A stretch of DNA of 64,000 nt from Cystobasidiomycetes sp. EMM_F5 (Eukaryota), in the NCBI GenBank assembly GCA_051047955.1, contig JBPGPT010000001.1, positions 186,001 to 250,000 of the forward strand, written 5' to 3'. Under the pieces are notes generated by a model, which had not been told where the DNA came from, ran no database searches, and worked only from the letters and a program-made list of their open reading frames with translations. The stretch's first letter is position 1. Every line of letters starts with the position of its first letter. Position numbers and translations under genes: made by a program. Shown piece after piece: positions 53,015 through 64,000 of this stretch.

Positions 53015-54227
53015 ATGGAAGCTCTCGCACAGGCCCACCAGGGCTTGTTTCGCTCTTTCTGTACGTATTTTCGGCATCGCGCCCTAACGCTATTGACGCG
53101 TAGGATCTCATGCGGCCAAGCTGACGAGCACTGCGCTCCCACCACGCGTGAATCACCCGAAGCTGTCATTGTTGGTCAGTACACGCCCTTTCAACGCATT
53201 TCTTTCAATCTAAACATGGTGCCTTTCCCAGTTTCCGAGATTGGCGACAAGACTTTCCTGCTGTGATTTACATATTCACAGCAGAGAGCCGTCGCAATAC
53301 TGATTGGGTACTTCCACATCCAGAGCCGCAATCATGGCCATGAGACATCCTAGAGGAATTGTTCTAGCTGGAGCATTCTTGGCGCTGGCAGTCATGTCAA
53401 TACTCTCTGCCGTGCTTGGGCATATCCTACCGGCCTTACTCCCGCGGAGATATACGACCATCGCAGCCGCATGCCTCTTTTTCGTCTTCGGGGCCATGAT
53501 GCTGCGCGAGGGTCTCGAAATGCAAGCCGGAAATGAAAAGATACAGGAAGAGCTACGTGAGGTTCAGAAAGAAGTAGAGGAAGCCGAAGAAAAGCAGTCG
53601 TCCACTGTGTCTACAGCGAAAAGACTCGAAGAAGCCGAAGAAGGAAATGTCGTCTCCCCCGTCGCACCCGTCTCCATTAGCAAGGATACCGTTTTGGGAG
53701 CACGAGACAGCTTAACGCACAGGCGGACGCGTGGGAACGATTCATCTACAAAGGAAGCGAAAGAGGGCGTACGAAATCTACTCCAGCTCTTCATACATCC
53801 GGTTCTGTTGCAGACCTTCATTATGACATTCTTGGCAGAATGGGGCGACAGGTCGCAAATCTCAACAATAGCCTTGGCCGCTGCGCATGTAGGTCGTTCG
53901 TCGGTACCTATGACCCATGCTTATCGTGACTTTGTTTTTGCGTATGATCTCCCCTGTACAGAACGTGTACATCGTCACGATTGGAACGATAGCAGGGCAC
54001 TTTGTGTGTACGACCGCTGCAGTCCTTGGCGGCAGATTCCTAGCCACGAAAATCAGCGTTAAGAACGTCACGCTAGCTGGCTCGATTCTCTTCCTCATAT
54101 TCGGTGTGGCATACGTGTACGAGGCAAGTACAGAACTCCATCCGCCGCAGCTACGTCTGCTGATCAGCTCAAGCAGGCGTATATGTGGGATGAGCAAGCA
54201 GCGTCTTCTGCATCGGAATTGTTTTGA
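53015..54227 (+). CDS. GDT1: UPF0016 Ca2+/Mn2+ transporter Gdt1/TMEM165 (multi-exon)
   Basis: Two family motifs, SEIGDKTF and AEWGDRSQ, with an acidic central loop. Confidence 0.95.
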
Positions 54228-54386
54228 TGTCCGTTGGCCAACAGTACCCACACTGTTATGTAAAAGTAGTGTGCCAGATCCATTTACATTCCAGCAAGAG
54301 TTACGCTAGACATTGCATATTGCATCACAAAGCACAACGACCTGACAATGGTGCAAATGCAGCATCACAAAATCACGATACGGACC

Positions 54387-57231
<2,845 letters not shown>

Positions 57232-57458
57232 TTTGTCGTGGTCGGGCTGCCTGCCCGGCTGGCTGGCTAGCTAGGAGCACGGAAGCCTTAGACGACGTTG
57301 GCTTCAATCCACGAGCAGACGTGGTCGAGCAGAGTGCAGTTCAGTCACTACAGTCTAGGCTGCGTTGTCTTATATTTATCGACGATTGAAACGGTTCCAA
57401 CGGGCCCATAATGTGCAAAAGCAAGTTGGCTTCGACTCCACCAGACTGTCTGCCAGAT

Positions 57459-58255
57459 ATGTCGCTGCTACGACCCTGGAGGGCTACAGACATGTTCCGC
57501 TTCAACCACGTAAACCTCGACGCCTTTACGGAAACATACTCGATATCCTACTACCTCGACAACCACTCCCGCTGGCCGGGCTTGTTTTGCTCGACTGAGG
57601 ATGCTGATGGAAAACTGACAGGCTACAGTGCGATAGAGAGACTCCGACCACTGTTATGACTGACATGTGCTGATGCTTCATCGCGAAACAGACATGGGAA
57701 AGACTGAAGGACACGGAGAAGAATGGCAGTAAGGTGTCTGCCCATCAGCATGTCTTAGAGCAGCCACTGACGCAAGAGTCATGCACAGCGGTCACGTCAC
57801 TGCGTTGACAGTATCGCCAAGTTACCGTCGTCTAGGCTTAGCGAGGAAAATGATGGAGTTTCTGGAAAACATGTCGGATGTTGCAGACTGCTACTTCGTA
57901 GATCTATACGTCCGCATGTCCAATGAGCGTGAGTCGCGTTACTCGCCTTCTCTCATGCTTGTCTTCTTATTCTGACCAGAATGACAACGACTCCCTCCAC
58001 ACCAGTCGCAATAAGCATGTACGAAAGGATGGGCTACACCGTCTTTCGCAGGGTGCGAGATTACTATGGTGGAGGAGTACAGCCTCCGGAGGATGCATTT
58101 GGTATGTGCATCTGAGGACATATGGAGTTGGCTGAGGCTAAAAATTCCATCGTCCTGCAGACATGCGAAAACCTTGTTCAAGAGACAAAGAGCGCAAAAA
58201 TCACAGACTGAATGGGCGTGAGATTTTCGTCAACCCTGAGGATTGTTTCACATGA
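57459..58255 (+). CDS. NAT3: NatB catalytic subunit (NAA20; multi-exon)
   Basis: MSLLRPWRATDMFRFNHVNLDAFTETY, HGHVTALTVSPSYRRLGLA, YFVDLYVRMSN, EDAF|DMRKPC. Confidence 0.95.
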
Positions 58256-58418
58256 TGCACATGTGCTTCGGAAAACTGCTCGACACCATTCAGCGGTTGT
58301 ACAATTGCGATCCCACTTTTATCGCCTCGATTATTTTCAGCAACTGCTAGACAGCTGAAGGATGGTCAGGCGCCTTATACGCAGGCTATCAATAACAGCG
58401 ATGAAAGATATTTGAGTC

Positions 58419-60069
58419 TCAGATGGGTCGCGCTATGCGAACAATCTTATCGAGTCCAACAGATACGATCGTATTATCGGGAAGTACGCATAAATCGCTG
58501 TATAGTAAGATACATAAGTCGGCACCGAACAGATGCAATGTAATGTTACTGAGACATGCGCACCGGATAACACTGCTGCCGCGCTCGGATTGGTATCTTG
58601 ATCGTAACACATCACTGGAGATATTCTCGTTGCCGGCTGGTACTGCGACGCCGTGAGCGCCATATGATGCCTTGACTTTGCCATTCAGGTCGACAATGCG
58701 TACAATGCCATCATCAGATGAAACGGCAACTCCTGTCCCATCCGGGAGCCAAGAGTGACGAGGATTAGAGAAGTCTGACTGCTCCGATGAGGTGTACAGC
58801 GTTTCTCTAAGCCGCTCATTGGAATGAAATGGTAGGACGATGATTCGTGATGTGGCTGTATCTGTCTGAAGGCTTATTGCCTTCTTGGACGGATGGATCG
58901 CGAGGTTCAAGCTGTTGATAATAGCAGTCAGCTCTTACAATTTCTGGAAAGATATTGGACATCGTGCCAACTCACACGCAGAAACTGATATGAGAATCGA
59001 GATTCTCATTTAAGTTGTACGATGTGATCTCGAAGTCCGACTTCTCTGTGCTCCTGCTGCTGGGCATCTTCACGTAATGTAGGTGATTGTCATCGCGTCT
59101 GCAGAACGCTAAGTGTGTCGAGTCGGGCAGGAAAACGCAGGTTTCTGGATTGGATTGCATTTGCTTGCTCCACCTGTGCGTATATGTGAAGTCCGGAATG
59201 TTGGCATACACGTCATCGTCTAGTATGCCGGCGTCGGAGGACGTGGGGTGTGTTTGCACGATGGCCTCGTAAACCCGAATCTGCTTGTCGTATCCTGCCG
59301 ATGCAAACCATCTTCCGTTTGCACTCCAGGCGACAGATACGACACTGCCCCAAATACATTGTCAGTGGCGCCAACAAGAGACTGCTATAAATAAAACCAA
59401 CTATTTGGCATGGTCCCGAACAATCACTGATTGACGCGTCAGAAGATTCGTAATCGTACAGCTGCCGTCCATTGCACCGGAAAGCATCAGATATGGATAG
59501 CGTGGATTAAGTCGAACTGCAAGAGTCGCAGCATTGACAGGCTCAAAGGCGTCCTCCTGCTGAAATGACTGTATATTCGTAAAGAGGATGCGCTTGTCAA
59601 CAGCGGATGTCACTATACATTGTATGTCGTCACTGCGGTAAGACGCGGAAGATGTATCGAACGTCCTTCGAGGCAGTTTGCAGTATTCCACAGACAGGAT
59701 ACCAGTCAGGTGGACATCGTTAAGAGATTGTGTGACCCGGTGTGGTAGGCTGCAAGTGATATCAGAGAACCAGTCAAAGTCATCGGAGGAAGCGATTGCA
59801 TCTGAGATATGGCTGGACTCCAGATGCTGAGCTAGTTCTTCCTGCTCTAGATATGCTTGAACGAGCTGTTGCAATTCAACTGGCAATAGCCGCTGCGTCG
59901 GCAGTACTAACGCTTCTGCTTCAAACGCTTTTAGTGTCTCTACGTAGCCTGAAGAAGACCAGCGTAAGTGCCAGCACCCCTTTACATATGTCACGAACTC
60001 ACCACTATTCTCCAGGTATTTCGCTAATAGCTGTTTGCAAGCATCCTCGATCTGCGCGTCTGTCGTCAT
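58419..60069 (-). CDS. LisH + WD40-repeat protein (multi-exon)
   Basis: LisH-like QLLAKYLENS..YVETLKAFEAEA. WD-like units TSAVDKRI, SGAMDGS, ASAGYDKQIRVY, VSSDDGIVRIVD, SVGLDKIVRI. Confidence 0.8.
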
Positions 60070-60100
60070 TTCGCAGTTTCTCTGATTCTTAGATTCAAAG

Positions 60101-60963
60101 ATGAAGCGCAGCAACAAGGCTGTCGTAGATGCTAAAGCTGATACAGAATCAGCGAAGCGGAGAAGAGTCGAGGTGTCCGACTTTGAGCCGGTGGATGTTT
60201 CGAAACTGGAGGGATCTAAGCTCGACCTTGCAGACTGCGAGACGTATTACGTCGCTCAGTTCGTAGACAAAGCTACCGCTATGCGGTGGTATAATGAACT
60301 GCTGGAACTGGATACTTGGTATCAGCCAACACTGCGCATGTATGGGAGGAGTTTCCTCCAGTCTCGGCAAGTAAGGCTGCAACATTTTTCGAACTTCAGC
60401 GTTACCCTTATAGGCATTCCCTTCAGATCGTTGCATATGGCAATGAAGAAGCGGCGGCTTCGATAAAGTATTCCGGAACGGAAGTGCCACTGCAGAAGGA
60501 GCATCCTCCCATCTTGCGAGAGATACAGTCACACCTGGAGGATACGCTCAAGACGTCATTCAACCATTGTATGCTCAATCGATACGACGACGGCTCCGTG
60601 TATATTGGTTCTCATTCCGATAATTTAGGTAAGGATGCGGGGCTGAACCTTGCGGACGAAACAGCCGGCTGATACATCGTTAGAAAACACGATATCCCTT
60701 GGCGCTGAACGCGACTTCATCCTATCACATAAAAAGAAGCCTGCCTCGGAATCCACACAGCGATATAAAAAGCGTTGGCCGTTGGCGAACGGGAGTCTAC
60801 TGATAATGCAAGGCGAGACGCAGAGATTCTGGAAGCACGAGATTGTGAGCGGGAACGTCGCGTTATAGCAAGAAACGACTAAAATAGATTGTAGCCTAAG
60901 CAGCTCAAGGTAAAGCAAGGCCGCATATCACTTACTTTCCGCCAGCTTGTCGACAAGCGTTAA
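60101..60963 (+). CDS. AlkB-family 2OG-Fe(II) dioxygenase (ALKBH2/3-like; multi-exon)
   Basis: FNHCMLNRYDDGSVYIGSHSD (HxD), ISLGAERDF, LANGSLLIMQGETQRFWKHEI, GRISLTFRQ. Confidence 0.93.
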
Positions 60964-61058
60964 CGCTCTTCCACGTGAAGCAATGTTACTATTACAACAA
61001 CAGCACTGCACATACTCTGGCACGCTCTCTTTGCGCATCTTCCAGACTAATCTTAAGA

Positions 61059-63108
61059 CTACTCGTACTCCGATTCATCAACAACCAAATGGGCAAATTC
61101 TTTGGCCATAATTGATACGTTATGCCATAACTCGTCGCGATATCTGTCATACGCCGGCATATCTTGCATGGGCGAAGGCAGTTCGCACGTATCGGCACGC
61201 CGAATACCGTACTTCTGCATCGCGAGTCAAGGCTTAGCCACCTGCACGCTACATCCGATGAGGTTGCTCGGACATACCCGATAATGCAGCAACTTAGGCC
61301 AGACGTCCGGTTCATATGAGCTCTGGGCATGCCACCACCATATTTCATTCTTCCGCTTGTGAAAGCGCTCAGAAAGCTCGAGAGGCATGGGATACATTTT
61401 CCGCCTGCGATGCTGATTGAAAGCTGCTACCGTATGCGAGCGATAAAAGGTTTTACTCTCATGGCCGTGCTTGTCGACATCACGCAACAACCTGCCATTA
61501 CTAGCGCATCTGTTGGGTCAAACAACATGGTGAGCCAAGATGATCTGAAGATGTGTACTGCTGCTGACCACCTACTCAAATGTAGACTGCTGTAACTCGT
61601 TGGCCCGAGGCTCCCCTTTCTCCCAGGAATGGACCATCTCAATGCGATCCATTACCACCTCGCCTACGTGTGGCTCGACGTTCCGCATGAAGGACGCAAA
61701 TTGCTCAAGCGGTTTCTCAGCCCTGAAATCAGGCATTGGAAACTCGTCTACATCCTGGATCATGACGTAGTCGGACGAGTAAACGTTGTTGAGCATGCAT
61801 TCCATATACCAGACATCCTGATCCGAGTAGTGGTGATAAGGATCCGTCAAGTCGTCGCCGGGTATTAGCTTCAGAATCGGGACGGGCCTGGATGAATGAA
61901 TCTGAGCGTATGAAGCGAGATATACGCGACATAACGTACCGATACACGTCTTTCGTTCCCTTCAACGCCTTGAAACCCTCTACGAGTGGCCGAAACTCAT
62001 CGTTAGCACGAGTGTACCAGTTAACACTTGAATCGATGCGTCAGAGCATGCCTGAAAGATTGATGATGGACCGTCCTACCGTTCCACACCGATATTCAGC
62101 ATATGCTGGCGCCATTCAAGCAATTTCCATATCGTAACTTCGTCCATTTCAAAGTTTATCGGCGAGACGCATACAGCAAACTCGGAGCGCTCATTCATCG
62201 GCGGAGTAATTGTGACTGGCAAATTCTTCTTGATGGCCACGACGGTCGTATTTTCGGCTTCATTTGGGAATGTGTCTACATGCACTCCTCCGCCATCAAA
62301 CCGAATGTCCATTTTGATGTGACGAATCTCGTGCACTATGTGCAGCAGCTCTGGTGGCACTTGACATTCAACTTGAAAAGGGAAAGAATGACCCGTGTAC
62401 CGATCTCCTGCAATATGAACGGCGGCGAGGCTGGTCTTAGCCGATAGTAGGGGCTTGCATTGGGGCGACCCAATATTCTGCTCACCAGGATGAAGTCCCC
62501 AGGTGTGTATTCTCGTCGGCATGCGGATCAACGTTTCATTGGCATTCCTGGCGAACGGGTCGTGGAAGATACATTCTGCATTCACAAAGTCATAGGTCTT
62601 CATCGGTCGCTCCCCAAATACCTGAATTGAGAGAATATGAGTGCTCAGAAATGCATGCCCGTCGGTCGCCCAGCTTGAGACCCACGATGTTCATGAATAA
62701 CAGGGTATGAATAATGTATCCTTGCAATTCGCCTTCCATATCTTGCCAGGTGTGATTTGAATGGTTTAAGATGCTGCGCAGTACGCGAACTTTGTACGCG
62801 GGACTGAGTATCTCCATGTCCATCTGTTCTGCCGTTTCCTCCCATGCTGTGGGCGAGACTGGCACGTCTCGAGTGTATTCTGATAATGTTGCGTCTTTTG
62901 CAGTCTCTACGAATGGATGCCCAGACTGAGGATGCCGCACGACGTAGTGTGAACATAGATGCATCGCTGCGACGCCCAACGCAACGAGTATCATCACTCT
63001 TGTCCAAATTCTGCTTGAACTCAATACTGGCATCAACGAGAACTGGCCTCTAGATTGCTGCCGTGTCATATCAATTGCTCTAGCCATTGGTGCCGGTCGG
63101 CCCTGCAT
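61059..63108 (-). CDS. Type II membrane GT-A glycosyltransferase-like protein (GT92/DUF23-like; multi-exon)
   Basis: N-terminal single TM (VMILVALGVAAMHL), FAVCVSP, LLEWRQHMLNIGV, Q..WYMECM, DxD motif in QDVDEF. 3' end inferred by splicing. Confidence 0.65.
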
Positions 63109-64000
63109 CTTTTGCTGGAAGGATGCCAGTTTGCGAGTAAACGCGGTACCGTAAGATGCACCAAGCTCTTCACGCGATATTCCAACTCCTGCCAGACGGT
63201 GTACGGCAACTTCGGGATCGCACCCAAGTACAGCAGCTGTCAGACATGTCAGGCGTGCACATCAGTACCGGATGGCCATTCCGTTATCATCAGATAGGCG
63301 AAGGTCAAGCTCAAGGTCGCGGTTCAGGCACAATACAATAAAAAGACAATGACCGCAGAATAGCGCTTTCGCGTTGAAGATGATCACAGCTAGAAACACA
63401 GCTTTAGTAGAGAATTACGTCTACTGCACACTTGCCGTAACTGCATACTGAAGTACCCGGCGCGATGGCGCACCATGGCATCGATATCCTGTATTCGCTA
63501 CTATTCGGGTCAGAACAAGCTCTGTATCAGGTCAAGGTATTCTTCACGGATTTTTTGTGTAACAATGAGCTGCGAATAAGCTGCGTACCGCGTTTGAAAA
63601 GTTCATCATCCGCGGGTGCGGCGTTTTGCCGGACAGAGCGCAACTTCACTGCATCTTTTGCCGGATGAGTACGTTGTCATCTAACCATCCCTCAATCATA
63701 TACAAATAATACTATCATGGCAGAACTACTACAGAAGGGTGCGCTCGTGTTGACTTTGTTGCAACCCGCGGCCGTCAATTTTCCAGAAGCTGACGCCATT
63801 CTGTTGCACGGGAATCGCGCAAACAGCTCAAGCTGCCGTTGGCCTAGGTGTCGGTACGTGATAATCCATACTAGTTCATGGATCTCCCAGCTGAAGCCTT
63901 ATCCTCGGTAGTCCCACCCACCGTTGGCGCGAAATTGCAGACTGGTGTACTGCTAAAAGAGTGAGCAGGCTATCGTCCTCCACCTGTCAATACCCGAGCG

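Noticed and set aside
63300..64000. Possible exons of a gene at the right edge
   Set aside because: Splice-like signals exist, but no consistent frame or recognisable protein could be built within the window.

Overview
Eukaryotic, gene-dense, intron-rich fungal DNA. Introns are short (mostly about 50-70 nt, GT/GC-AG, with CTRAY-type branch points). Gene content suggests a basidiomycete, possibly Pucciniomycotina; that placement is inference. About 32 protein-coding genes can be reconstructed by hand-splicing. Housekeeping genes include TFB1, ERV2, CCL1, ATG4, ERD2, MET3, SUV3, the complex I 21.3 kDa subunit, CDC26, CMC4, REX4, DPH5, SNF5, GDT1, CEF1 and NAT3. Other genes encode a homeodomain TF, an AIM6-like protein, a GH13 alpha-amylase, an ABCB transporter, a small thaumatin-like protein, a GST, a peroxisomal enoyl-CoA isomerase, a PAP2-like membrane protein, an MFS permease, a LisH-WD40 protein, an AlkB dioxygenase and a GT92-like glycosyltransferase. 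I recognised no tRNA, rRNA, transposon or CRISPR. The most notable oddities are: (1) an apparently identical 561-bp intragenic tandem duplication that breaks the frame of the thaumatin-like gene; (2) a 3-exon, 101-aa gene missed by the ORF track, with N-terminal MCCG and C-terminal PPSY; (3) a GST with a remodelled glutathione site; (4) a head-to-head gene pair with only 31 bp between start codons; and (5) an 8-nt micro-exon in an actinobacterial/animal-type amylase. I found no convincing multi-gene novel system. Gene ends are hand-derived and may be off where noted.
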